64,000 nucleotides of DNA from the human T2T-CHM13v2.0 reference genome, Homo sapiens, in the NCBI RefSeq assembly GCF_009914755.1, contig NC_060937.1. The stretch is one strand, 5' to 3'. The notes below the pieces were generated by a model. It saw only the letters and a list, made by a program, of their open reading frames with translations. It was not told the DNA's origin and ran no database searches. Of the stretch, positions 27,631 to 40,063 are shown piece after piece. Both the position numbers and the translations under genes were made by a program. Each line of letters starts with the position of its first letter. Within the stretch, counting starts at the first letter, position 1.

Positions 27631-27695
27631 CCGCGTAAGAAAACTACACTGAATAGGAATGGCAGCTTTTAAAAGTGGGGGAACTACAGTATAGG
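27580..27695 (+). other. FAM216B: probable non-coding exon 1 of FAM216B (start site uncertain)
   Basis: Strong donor AGG|GTAAGT at 27695/27696 and a second donor CGC|GTAAGA at 27634/27635. The ATG exon has an upstream acceptor, so a 5' exon is required. Confidence 0.6.
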
Positions 27696-29059
27696 GTAAG
27701 TTCTTTTTAGGCAAATCTGTCTTTTTGTTTCAGATATATTATTTTGTAGATGTTTCTCTCCCTGAATTCCATGAGTATTTTAATCAAATTTTATCAGGTA
27801 TAGGCCACTTGAATAGGTAAGATAAATTTATTCAGCAGTAGCCCCAGAAAAGCACACATGAATTGTTGCCATAAGAAAGAGCATCAGTCATTTCTTTATG
27901 CTATTTGAGGAGAGAAGAAATCTTTCCAGCTTGAAGCATATTTATTCTCTGTTCTACAGATCTGGAAAATGGGAGGAGGGATATTGAAATGATTTGAGTA
28001 CAGGATAGAGCGTAGGTGTCAATCACAGAGAATATTACAGGAGTATATCTTGGTTGGTATGGTTTCTGGAGTGCACATTAAAGGAAAGCAGTACTGACTA
28101 AAATATTTACAGTTTAATTTAGACATTTATATAGCAGAAACAGTACACACAGAGATGTTGACTAATGTTTTCCTAATAAATTTCTCTTCTGGAAGAATGG
28201 AACCTTCGATGTGTGAACTCAAATCAGTCTCCACATGTATTACAATACTCCTTAAGCATGTGTATGTTTATGAACCTATGAGTGTGCATGTGTTTGTGTG
28301 CATGAACATGCGTGAAGGTCGGGTAGAGAGAGAAGAAACTGGCATAAAGTGAGAGCATTCTATATTCACGATTTCAGTGAATCAAACACCCAGTGAGGTA
28401 GGCATTGTAACTGCTGTCTTAAGGATGAGAGGGCTGAGGCTTACAGAAGGAAAGAAACTCAAGTCTTTCTAGTTCTAAAGGCCATACAGCCTCTATTACA
28501 GTTTATTTTCTTCAGTTAATATACGTGCAGGTATTAATAATAATCTACGTTTAGCAGATTGTTACTATGTTTGATTTGCTGTGGTCTTACTTTCTATCAT
28601 TCAGTAATTCACACTGCTAACAAAGACAAAGGAGTAAGCAGAGGGGAAAATACTCTGGGTTTGCACTTTGTGATTTGGCAACCTATTCCAATATGTCTAT
28701 TCTTGCTGGATTGTTAAATTCATATTATTATACACACTTCAGACTCTAAACCCTAAATCACCAGGAAAGGAGACTTAATCATAGCAAATGTGACTCTATT
28801 ATTCTGTATCTTTCTCAGGCAAGTGGAAACATGACAAGTTTAATAGTTTTATAGTACAATGCTATAAAATTGCACATCTAAATTGCAAGAAGTGGAGAAT
28901 GACGTAAAGGCGTACTACACTGCCACTAAAAATCATATTTTTAAGGAATATTTAATGATCTGAGAAAGTGCACAAAATGTATAAATTATGATCTCCCTTT
29001 TCTAAAATTACACACAATGTACACAGAAAAAAAAAATAAATAAATAAAAGGAAAGTGAA

Positions 29060-29370
29060 GCTCAGCATGGTGCCTCATACCTGTAATCCCAGCACTTTGG
29101 GAGCCTGAGGTGCAGGATAACTTGAGCCCAGGAGTTTGAGACCAGCCCAGGGAACATAGGGAGATCTTATCTCTACTAACAATTTAAAAAATAATTGGGT
29201 GTGGGGTGTGTACCTGTAGTCCCAGCTACTCAGGAGGCTGAGGTGGGAGGATGGCTTGAGCCCAGGAGTTCAAGACTGCGGTGAGCTATAGTCGCACCAC
29301 TGTGCTCCAGCCTGGATGATAGAGTGAGACTCTGTCTCAAAAAAACATATAAATAAATAAACAAATAAAA
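29060..29370 (+). mobile_element. AluJ SINE (FAM216B intron 1)
   Basis: Diverged dimer with AluJ positions (ttgagcccaggagttc, gagctat) and flanking aaataaaaggaaa duplication. Confidence 0.9.
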
Positions 29371-29413
29371 GGAAATCAACCAAATGCTAACAATAATTAT
29401 GGATAGTTAGATG

Positions 29414-29652
29414 CAAGTTGAGTATGCCTTATCCAAAATGCTTGGGACCAGAAGTGTTTTGAATTCCAGATTTTTTTTTTTTGATTCTGGAAAATTTACA
29501 TTATCTTTGCCAGTTGAGCCTCCCAAATTCAAAAATCCAAAATCCAATATGCTCCAATGAACATATCCTTTAAGCATCTTGTGGGCACTAAAAAAGTTTT
29601 GGATTTGGAGCTTTTCAGATTTTGGGCTTTTAGATTTGGGATGCTCAACTTG
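29414..29652. mobile_element. Tigger4a/MER46-like MITE
   Basis: TIRs caagttgagtat...atgctcaacttg and internal aaaatgcttgggaccagaagtgttt. Confidence 0.85.
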
Positions 29653-30095
29653 TATGAGTAATCTTATTTTCTTCTTCAATTTTTAAATTTTTCCAAATCT
29701 TCCAAAACAATATATATTACTTTTAGAATCAGATATGAAAATCAATATTATTTAAAATTATCAAAAAATTACTACTATAAAAATAGTATGCTCTACAACA
29801 CACCTGTTCCAAACAGTTAGAAAGACAAGGGCTCTGAATTATTCCTTAACTTCACAAATAATTAATAATTATTTTTATATATAAAGGGTGAGAATAGGAA
29901 AATGTGTGGAATTAAGTAGTCTGGTGATGTCCAATTACTTGGAAATGTGAGCAAATGTTCTTATCCCTTAGAACAAATTACATTTTTAAAAATTCATTTA
30001 CTTGCTTACTTATTTACTTAAGTACATCCCCAAAATTGGTTGAGCTAAAAGAAATTTTATGCTATGCTTTATTGTTTCTTGGAGGTATAGGATAA

Positions 30096-30230
<135 letters not shown>

Positions 30231-30566
30231 TAGAGTGACCTGTCTGTCTCTCCTTCAAGGTTTGAGGACTTTTTCTGCTGTCTTTGTTTACCTAGCATTA
30301 AGAAGAATATTGGCCGCATAATAAGCCCTTGATGCATGTTGAAGGCCATTCATGAGTGAACGAATGAGCACTTGGGTAACCTCCTACACTCGTCCCATTT
30401 CAGGAGCTCTGGTAGACGGTCACCTCTTCGTGGCTGACCCACTGTCAGTGATGGGAAACTCACTAATTGGCCACACTATGGCTCCCTGTTGGAGAGCTGT
30501 TAGTTCCTTTTGGTCAAAGTTAGTTAAAGCCATTCTCATAAATACGCTGTAAAAATTTCAGTTCTC

Positions 30567-30900
30567 GGCCGGGCGCGGTGGCTCACTCCTGTAATCCCAG
30601 CACTTTGGGAGGCCGAGGCGGGTGGATCACGAGGTCAGGAGATCGAGACCATCCTGGCTAACATGGTGAAACCCCGTCTCTACTAAAAATACAAAAAAAA
30701 AAAAAAAAAAAAAAAATTAGCCGGGCGTCGTGGCGGGTGTCTGTAGTCCTAGCTACTCAGGAGGCTGAGGCAGGAGAATGGCGTGAACTCGGGAGGCAGA
30801 GGTTGCAGTGAGCCGAGATCGCGCCACTGCACTCCAGGCTGGGTGACTGAGCAAGACTCCGTCTCAAAAAATAAATAAATAAATAAATTAAAAATAAAAA
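30567..30900 (+). mobile_element. AluY SINE with an expanded central A tract (FAM216B intron 2)
   Basis: CpG-rich, AluY positions (gatcacgaggtcaggagatcgagaccatcctggctaac; gaatggcgtgaac), TSD about aaaatttcagttctc. Confidence 0.95.
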
Positions 30901-31849
30901 AAAAATTTTCAGTTCTCTCCCAAACCCTCAAGGAAGGATCAACAACAAGGTAAAAATATTAGTAATGTTACCTGTTACTTCTCATTTAGGAAGTTTAGGG
31001 TTTTACTAAGGAAAAGAGGTAGGCATTTTCTGCTTTGTAAAATAAAATCATCACTTTTAAGATTTTTATCTTCTATGGAAACTCCCATTGTACTTTGGAG
31101 TCCTGCTCTTGAAATTGGCTTACAATTTTCATATTATCTTGTTCTCAATCATTTTAAAAGGCAAAATTAGTTATTCAGGAGTGGAATTCATTCTCTTCAA
31201 ATATGTTATCCTTTAAAACATCCACTTCAGAAACTAAAGCTGAAATAATGTCTCAAATTATGAAGTACTTGGCTTTGCTACTTTCACTCTAGATATATTT
31301 TCGATACTAAGTTTAAGGCCAAAAAAACCAAAAACAAAACAAAACACTAACTCACAGATTTCAGGCCCACACAAAATGTCTAACAGGTAAAAGTCACCTT
31401 ACTCTACCTTTACATATAATTATCTTAAGTTTAGTTTTTATTGCATAGTTATCAACCCATTTTGAAAATTCTGTTATCGTTTTGAATTTTTTGGCCTAGG
31501 GTGAACTTACTTTATCTTAATTTTTCTAAAATGTTGATGCCACTATTGTTTCCCTATCTGTAAAGTGAACACAATAAATTGCTCATCTCATAGGACTGTT
31601 GAAACTTAAGAGATTATGCATACAAAATACATGCAAATGCAAAATGTTGAGCACCGTATATAATGAACACTTAAGATATATTAGGTATGCAATAGTAATT
31701 GAAATCCTGACACTTCTTGTTTCTTTCTACCTTTAAGAAAGTAGCCTTCTAAATGGTCTCTCTACCAATGGTCTCTTTCTTCAAGCCCATTCTCCACTGC
31801 ATGGCCATTTTTTTTTAAATGCAAATCTGGTCAGTTAAGAGTATGGTGT

Positions 31850-32045
31850 TTCAGGTTGGATCATTTGCTGGAAAGGCGTGGGAAGCTGTCCTGTGCATTA
31901 CAGGATGCTAAGCACATCCCAGGCCTCTACTCACTGAATGCCAGGAGCACCCCCTCCTCCTCCCACCAATTAGGACAATAAAAAAATTTTGCAGGCATTG
32001 CCAAATGTCCCCTGGGGTCAAAATCATCCCTGTTGAGAGCCACTG
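31850..32045 (-). mobile_element. MER20 hAT MITE
   Basis: gctgtcctgtgcatt...cattgccaaatgtcccctggggtcaaaatc...gttgagagccactg. Confidence 0.85.
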
Positions 32046-32743
32046 CCTTAAATAAAGACCTTTGGTGGCTCCTCATAGAATATTTAATCCTTAAACTCAA
32101 CATAGTTAAAAGGTTTCCATCATCTTCCCCTAACAGTCTTTTCACAATCAGACTCTCTTCCCTTTGAACTAAAAAGAAAAAATGTTAGAATTTCTAGCAG
32201 GTTTCCAGATGTTGTGTATGCCGTTTGAGAACCAGTATTCTAGTCCCTTAAGGAAACTCCTCATCTAAGACTCAGATAAGATGATCATCTCATTTAGAAA
32301 ACCTTCCCTGACTGCTTGTTTACATTGTTTGTTTTCATGGCACCTTTTTACTAATGATATAATGAACCCTTACCACATTACTCATCCATCTATCTCCCTT
32401 GCTTACTGAGAACTTACAGTGGAAAATTTTCTACCAGTCCAGAGGCCTGGCATACTTCAGCTCTGTGTAGCTTATTACAACCTACTTTCCTCAGTAAGGA
32501 TCAAAGAAATTATAAGATCCTGGAAATCCTTAGATGTCCCTCAGTTCAAGACAATTACCTAGAATTTTTTACTCACATATTTTCATCATCATACAGATTA
32601 GCAGAAGACTGTTTAAGCAAATGAAGAGAGGAAACTCCCCAGTTGTTATTTTCCAATTGTTGCACATTAAAAAAAAAAAACATATGGTTAGCAAGAAAAG
32701 CCTCTTATTTCCATAAAAGTTTGCTTTGAGTATCACAATTTGA

Positions 32744-32968
<225 letters not shown>

Positions 32969-33804
32969 TAGCCAGAAGTCGTTTCCAGATAAATAATTCA
33001 AGCACAATGGCATCTACTGGCGTGCTATTTTATCAACATAGCTGGTTAGCCAAGTTTCAAAGTGCTTATTCTTGACAATGGAAAGCAAGGTTTTATGGGT
33101 AAATTAATAGGGTTTAAAGAAATTCGAGTATGGATTGTGATAAAATGTTAACTCTCTGAGATTTGTGAGAACTTAATCAAGTAAATCAATGGGTCTGGGC
33201 TTAGAAAACCAGGCGAGGCTCAAAGCACAGCTCAGCTCCTTGCTGTGTGCAAACTCAGAGGCTTGGTTTATTCACAACAATAATAGTTACATTTATTGCT
33301 CACTGACCACGTTCCAGACATTGTGCTAAGAGCTTTACATACAATATCTCATTTTCTCTCCACTTTATGGCTGTAGAAAATGGAAGCTCAGGCAGGTTAT
33401 GTAACTTGATTAAGATCACACACAGGTAATAAATGTCTGTTAGGACTTCAAGCCAGAGCTGTCACCTCCAAAGATTATACATTTTCAGCCCCATCCTCTG
33501 CTGTCTCTCCTCTTCTTTCAACCTCTTTAGATTTTACAAAGCACAAATGAAATAATGGTTGTGAAAGACCTTCACAAATTATAAGCATCAACTTACCGAA
33601 AGGCTAATTGTTGTAAAGTCCCTTTTCTTGCAGGAAATGCTTTCAGTTGCTGGCTGCCCTTCATCATACCGTTCTCCTAACTCCACTAGAGTGCTTTTTA
33701 AACAAAAATCTACTCACTTGGCTTTAGCACATCTACTTTATGCTGTTGTTTTTATATTTACACAAAAGGAAGGCATGGTTTTTGCAATTGATTTAATAAA
33801 AACA

Positions 33805-34050
33805 ATAACAATAGTTACCTTTTATTGAGGACTTCCTGTGTGTCAGGTGCTCTTCTAAGAACTTTGCAGGTATTGTATTTAACACTCAAACACCTGTATG
33901 TGGCAGGTGTCTTTATGACCTACAGTTTACAGAAGAGAAAACTAAAACATGAACAAGTTAAATAGCTTGACCAGGGTCATGCAAGTATTTAATAGTAAAC
34001 AGAGAAGCCGAGATTCAGTCTGGTCTCCATGATTGTCTGAAGTGTCACTA
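33805..34050 (-). mobile_element. MIR SINE
   Basis: aacaatagttaccttttattgagg...tttacagaagagaaaact...cttgaccagggtca. Confidence 0.7.
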
Positions 34051-34119
34051 GAAGCATCATCTAGTAGCTTTGTTTTTAGAGCAAAAATTGCATAGAAGCC
34101 AATGAATCCAGAAACAGAA

Positions 34120-34321
34120 GTATTCAATGCTTAGTGCACATAAAATCCACCAGGTACCTTATTAAAATGCAGATTTCCAAGATTAACCCTCTGAGTTTCT
34201 GATTCAGAAGGTCTTTAGAGTCATAAATCTGCATTTTTAATAAGGATTTTGAAAAAGCATGTGGCCTCAGCCCAATGATTCACCAGTTGGTGGTCTGCAG
34301 ACTACACGTTGAGAAACACTG
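34120..34321 (+). mobile_element. MER5B-like hAT MITE
   Basis: cttattaaaatgcagattt...aatctgcatttttaa...cacgttgagaaacactg. Confidence 0.65.
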
Positions 34322-34597
34322 AGAGAGATCAAATATATCTTTCTGGTTTGAAGAAAGTTTTGATATCGAAGATATCATGGCTCAAGTCCCTTTCCAAATA
34401 ATCTGACATGTTAATCAACGACCAAGTGTTTATTAACTTATTGAATGAGAAATACAAAAGAAGAAAAATATATTTCCAATCTTCAAAGATCATATAATCT
34501 GGGCATGCTTACCACAAGAGTAGAATAAATTTTGTACACATAAGTAAATATTTGCAGTTTTGTTTTCTTATTTGCCTTGTAAAATTGTTGATTTTGA

Positions 34598-34822
<225 letters not shown>

Positions 34823-35664
34823 GACTTGGCAGCATTTTCAGAAACAGGAAGTTTGCCCATGTATCCCTGGTATCTAGTGGGTGCTTTGTGCATATTTGTT
34901 GAATGACAGTGAATAATTTCTAATATAAACCCCAGACCTAAAAATAATCTCTGATTCATATAAATTTTGCCAGCAAGACCAAGAGGTTTAAGAGCAATGG
35001 AGCCGAGAGTAAGCAAGCCTTTCCACATAACATCCGTAGAGTAAAAGGACTTTTAAAGCTTTCAAAGTAAAAGTTTACTTTGGATTAGAACCTCCTAGAG
35101 AAGTCCCCAAAACAGTGAAAGGGGACAAGTGACCAGAAAGGGCCAGGTCCTCTGTCACTGGGTGACCATTTCTAGCAAACTATCATGTATACATTTTGAA
35201 AATATACAAAACAACACAGGATTAACACTGATCATAGAGGGCTTACAAAATCATATCATCCCAGCAACAATTGGCCTGTGCATTTCCTTCCTCTCCTCTT
35301 CCCCATCAGGCAATGGCATTTAATTTAGCCCCAAAGCTCTTCTAGTTCTCACCTGGCTTGATCACTTTGTGTCATCTTGAAACATGCACTTATCAGTCTA
35401 CCACAGCTGAATTGATTTTATGGAGCTGTAACTGGCCTTGACATGGGTAAGAGAATTCATGCACACATCTTTCCCTGGCAGCTGAAGAAACACTCTTAAA
35501 AGAATATGAAATAACCCCGAAGACTTTATTTCATGTCCAACCTTTCTGTGGCCTCAAATGTTTTAAGCAAAGCACATAAAACTATACTAAGCAGTGAGTC
35601 AGTTCATCATACAAAGGCATAGTATTGCATTAGTTATATTTAATGGTTATTTTCATCACCAGAG

Positions 35665-35668
<4 letters not shown>

Positions 35669-35702
<34 letters not shown>
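35669..35702. repeat. (TG)17 microsatellite
   Basis: Read directly from the sequence. Confidence 0.95.
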
Positions 35703-35705
<3 letters not shown>

Positions 35706-37014
35706 AAAATCAGTCACCAGTGCTCATGTAAAGTCAAAACAAAAAAATGCTTCTTCCTCATCATTGTAAAATACGTCACCCCATTCAAATCAGCTGATGC
35801 CTATGAAAGGAATTGGTTGAGGTGGAATATAAATTTTATTGACAAGGGATGTGCTAACATTGATCTGAAAGGAATATGCTGCATTATTATCAGAAAAAAA
35901 ATCATTATCTTCTCTTTGCAATCATGAACATATAAGATATAAAAATTGTCATGAGATTCTGAACACTAGTATTGAGGTCCAGCACTACTTCCAAGCTCCT
36001 ATCTGACTTTTCTTTGGGAGGAATGGGAAGTGTGGTTGGCCCACTAGTCTGATAAGAAGTCTTGGTGAAGCTAATACTGACCTTGCTGGGGTCATTCACT
36101 TAATCATAAAGAAGCTTCTTGACCTCTGCAAATTCTGGCCCTGACATGTATTCTAAATACCTTTACAGTTCTAAGTGAGAAATTGTTACATAGGCTTAGA
36201 AGAAGAAAAGACTCCAGTGGGACTGGGATGAGCTGCGTGGTAGCCCTCATAAAGCAGAGAGGTTGGTGGGAGACCTAACTTGGCCTATACTAGCCTTCCC
36301 ATTGTTTTCACAATGGGCCTTTTATCCCCTCTGAACTGCTTGCCTGCACTTTTATCTTAGACTTTTTTTTTTGATGAGCATAGGTATTTGCTGTGTAAGC
36401 CTTATCTAGTGATGCAGAATATCAAGGAGGCCACTTACAATTCTAAGCTGCATCCCTGTATCAAAAATCTCAGAAGCACCTTGCATCTGATAGAGGCTTG
36501 TAAGAGCAGATTGACAGGTGAATGTCACAGGTCCATAAGAAGGACAAATAGATCTAAGTTGGGCAAAAGATTCTATTTGTTGGTTCTCCCTTCTAAGATG
36601 ATAATATGCCCCTGCACTTGAGACCTTACTTGAAACTTAAAGAAATGTGATTGGTTATGGTGCTGGGAGAAAGGGGTGCACCTGGGAGGACACTGAGAAA
36701 GATAAACAAAGGGGAAGGAAGAGAGGACAACCTGTAACTTTTAGAAAAGGCTACTACTTTTAACTGTTGGAGAAAATGCTATTGCTTGCACTCACAATGT
36801 CAATATACATTATCAGAACTTAAGTCCTGGAGATCAGAGACTGTTTCACCTGAAATTGCTAGCACCTAGAATGGCCCCCGGTTGCGGTAGGCAATCAATA
36901 ATACTCTTTGAATAATAATGAGGTTTTCAAAGATTCTGCAAGTCAGACTGGCCTCTGGCTTTGTGATATTATTCTAGAGTCCCAGTAACCCACAATTGTT
37001 GATGAGGAGTAGCA

Positions 37015-37525
37015 GTAGAATATCAAGGACAGGTGATGAGACAACAAGTCTATCCCGCAAAGGGCAGGGAATAGAGGGTACACTGGAAAGAATTTGAAAA
37101 CAATAATAAAGCTGACTACAAGTTGGTCTATTTTTTATTACCACCATGAGCCAGCAATTCTAAATAATATCAGTGATAAAGTATTCATCCCCCAAAATAT
37201 TTTATTGAACTAGGTTCTAAACAATTTCTGAGGTTACTGTTGAGTTTTAAATAATACATATATGTAAGCTTCAAAGTAGCACATTTGTACTGTTTTTCTT
37301 CAATAATCATTTTACTCCACATGGAAACTAATTCAGGGAATATCCTGCTATATAGTTGGCTCTCAGTACATATGGTGTCAGCTCATGTGTCTCCAGCCCC
37401 TGTAGTACTATATATTATTGCATTTAAATGATGGATTTGAAATAAACAATGATTATACCATGATTGTAAAGACAAGAAACAGAACCTGAAATACTTCAAT
37501 TTTTGATTCTATGTGGCAGTTTAGA
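37015..37525. mobile_element. hAT-Tip100 element (Arthur1/MER69-like)
   Basis: aataataaagctgact...ttttttattaccaccatg...gcaattctaaataatatcagtgataaa resembles the recalled consensus. Confidence 0.5.
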
Positions 37526-37529
37526 GTTT

Positions 37530-38060
37530 TTTAAAACAATTTTTATGTATAATTTATATGCAATAAATGCCCTCAAAGTTCAATGAATTTTTCTTCATTT
37601 CAATTACTATATTTTAATTTCAAGAAGATCTATGTAATTTTATTATAAATCTTTTTTGTAATCAGCTTTATAGTCTATTTTTGCTTGTATATGTATTCCC
37701 TCTTTTTTAAAAATAATATAGAATCAGGGGGTACAAATGCAGGTGTGTTACATGGGTATATTTCATAATGCTGGGGTTTGGGCTTCTATAGAACCCATCA
37801 CCCAAATAGTAAACATAGTACCCAATAGGTCATTTTTTGACCCTTGCCCCCATCCCTCTCTCCTCTCTGTTGGAGTCATCAGTGTCTATTATTTCCATTT
37901 TTATGTCCAAATGTACCCTTTGTTTACTTTTCACTTATAAGTGAGAATATGTGGTTGTCTGTTTCTGCATTAATTGATTTTGGATAATGGCCTCCGGCTG
38001 CATTCATGTTGCTGCAAAGTACATGTTTTATTCCTTTTTATGGCTGCGTAGCATTCCATG

Positions 38061-38104
<44 letters not shown>

Positions 38105-38970
38105 GTATTACATTTTTAAAATCCAGTCCACTGTTGATGGACACTTAGGTTGATACTGTGACTTTGCTGTGATGAATAGTGCTATCATAAACATATGAAT
38201 GCAGATGTCTTTTTGAGAAAATAATTTCTTTTTCTTTGGGTAGATGCCCAGCAGTAGCATTGCTAGATGAACTAGTAGTTCTATTTTTATTTCTTTGAGA
38301 AATCTCCATACTGTTTTCCATAGAGGTTAAAAGTTCAATGAATTTTGACAAATGCATACAGTCACATAACCACCACCACAATCGACATAGACCGTTTTCA
38401 CTAGCCCAGATGTCCCCCTATCCTTTTGCAGTCAATCTCCTCCCCTAAAGTCTGGCCCATGGAAATCACTGAGCTGCTCTCTATCACTCTAGTTTTGCCT
38501 TTTCTAGAATTTCGCATAACTGGAGTCAGAGTATATAGTGTTTTACACCTGGTTTCTCTCACTAGCATGATGCTATCGAGGGTCCTCATGTTGCATTTGT
38601 CAGCAATTTGTTCCTTTTCTTTGCCGAGTTGCATTCCATTGTACGAATACACCACAATTTGCTTATCCAGTCACTGGTTGATGAGCATTTGGAGTTTTTC
38701 TAACTTTGGACTATTAGGCATAAAACTTCTATAAATTTTAAATGTGGGCGTTTGCATGAACATAAGTTTTTATTTCTCCTGGATAGTTTCCTAGGAGCAC
38801 AATTACTAAGTCACATGGCAGATTTAGGCTTAATTTCATAAGACACTACCATAGTGCTTTCCAAAGTGGCTGCATCATTTTGTATTCCCACTAGCAATGA
38901 ATAAGAGCCCTAATTGCACCACATTCTTACAATGTCCAACATTTTAATTTTTGTGTTCTAGTGACTGTGG
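37530..38970 (-). mobile_element. old L1M (L1MB/MC-type) 3' region, split by an L1PB insertion
   Basis: tataatttatatgcaataaatgc...agttcaatgaatttt, resuming at 38330 with gacaaatgcatacagtcacataaccacc. Confidence 0.75.
37592..38329 (-). mobile_element. truncated L1PB4-like insertion with an internal (GT)n and about 110 bp of extra 3' sequence
   Basis: atcagggggtacaaatgcagg...cccatcacccaaatagt L1PB 3'UTR. 17-bp TSD aaagttcaatgaatttt at 37575-37591 and 38330-38346. Confidence 0.85.
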
Positions 38971-39365
38971 CTGCTGGGTAGAGGAGAATTTGTATATGTG
39001 GAAAATACAAGCATTGTGACTACTAGTTACAGTCACCATCTTACTGGTAACTGTGACAAATTTCAGGAAAGAGGATCATGATAGATATGGGGGTGATGAT
39101 AGTGATAATCTTGGAGATTTAATAGAAGAAATTTCAAAGTTTAGCAGTGAATGCTGATAACTCTCCGGTTTACTTTTGGGAGGAAAGACAGGGATTAGAG
39201 GAAGTGAGGAAAAGGAAAAAGTAACCCCTGCAGGAAGGATCATCCTGGAAAAAACTGTGGCGTGGATTCAGTGTGTACTCATTAACTTCTTACCTTTCCT
39301 TGTTTGTATTGTTCTTCAGGTTCAGAAATCAACACCCTATCACCACTACCAAAATCTTTAGGCAC

Positions 39366-40063
39366 TGTATTAGTTATTGATTGCTGCATAATAAATTACT
39401 CCAAAATTTCATGTCTTAAAACAACAATATTTACTACCTCAGAGATTCTGTAGTCAGGCATCTAAGCATGGCTTAGCTGAGGCTGCTGGCTCAGGGTCCT
39501 ATGCAATGCTGAAATCAAAGTGTCTACTGAGGCTGTGATCTCATCTGAAGATTCAACCAGGGAAGGCTCCACTTCCAAGCTCACTCAGGTAACTGTTGGC
39601 AGAATTCAGTTCCCTGGGGCCTGGTGGACTCAGGGCCTCAGTTCCTTACTGGCTGTTGGCTGGAGGCTGCTCTCATAGGCCCTGCCACATAGGCCACTCA
39701 ACAGGGCATCTCACCAGTGCAACTTGCTTCATCAGAATTGGAAAACCACACAGAGAGTGCGTGTAAGGTGGAAGTCACGATCTTTTATAACTTAACCTAT
39801 CACCTTCACTAAGTTCGATTCAATAGAAACAAGTCACAAGGTCCAGTCCCACACAAAGGTACATGGTCAAAGGTATGAATACAGAAGGTGGGCTCTTTGG
39901 GAGCCATTTCAGAAGCATCTACCAAAGCCAGGACTAGGGTGAAGTGAGTGACATGCCAGGGGTGCAAAATTGAAGGTAACACTTTTTCTAGCACAGCCCT
40001 GAGAGTGAATCCCATCAGATACCTCATTCACCTTACCCTAGTCCTGACCCTGTTGCCTACCAC
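39366..40063 (-). mobile_element. MaLR solo LTR (MLT1F-like) with MER96 inserted near its end
   Basis: tgtattagttattgattgctgcata...ggagccattt...[MER96]...gcctaccaca. Confidence 0.8.
39923..40052. mobile_element. hAT-Tip100 MITE, MER96-like
   Basis: TIRs gccaggactagggtga...ttaccctagtcctgaccctg. Confidence 0.7.

Larger units (their letters stand above)
34823..37585 (+). other. FAM216B: probable long FAM216B 3' UTR
   Basis: By eye, the first AATAAA hexamers after the stop are at 37105, 37441 and 37562. The end position is inferred. Confidence 0.5.
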
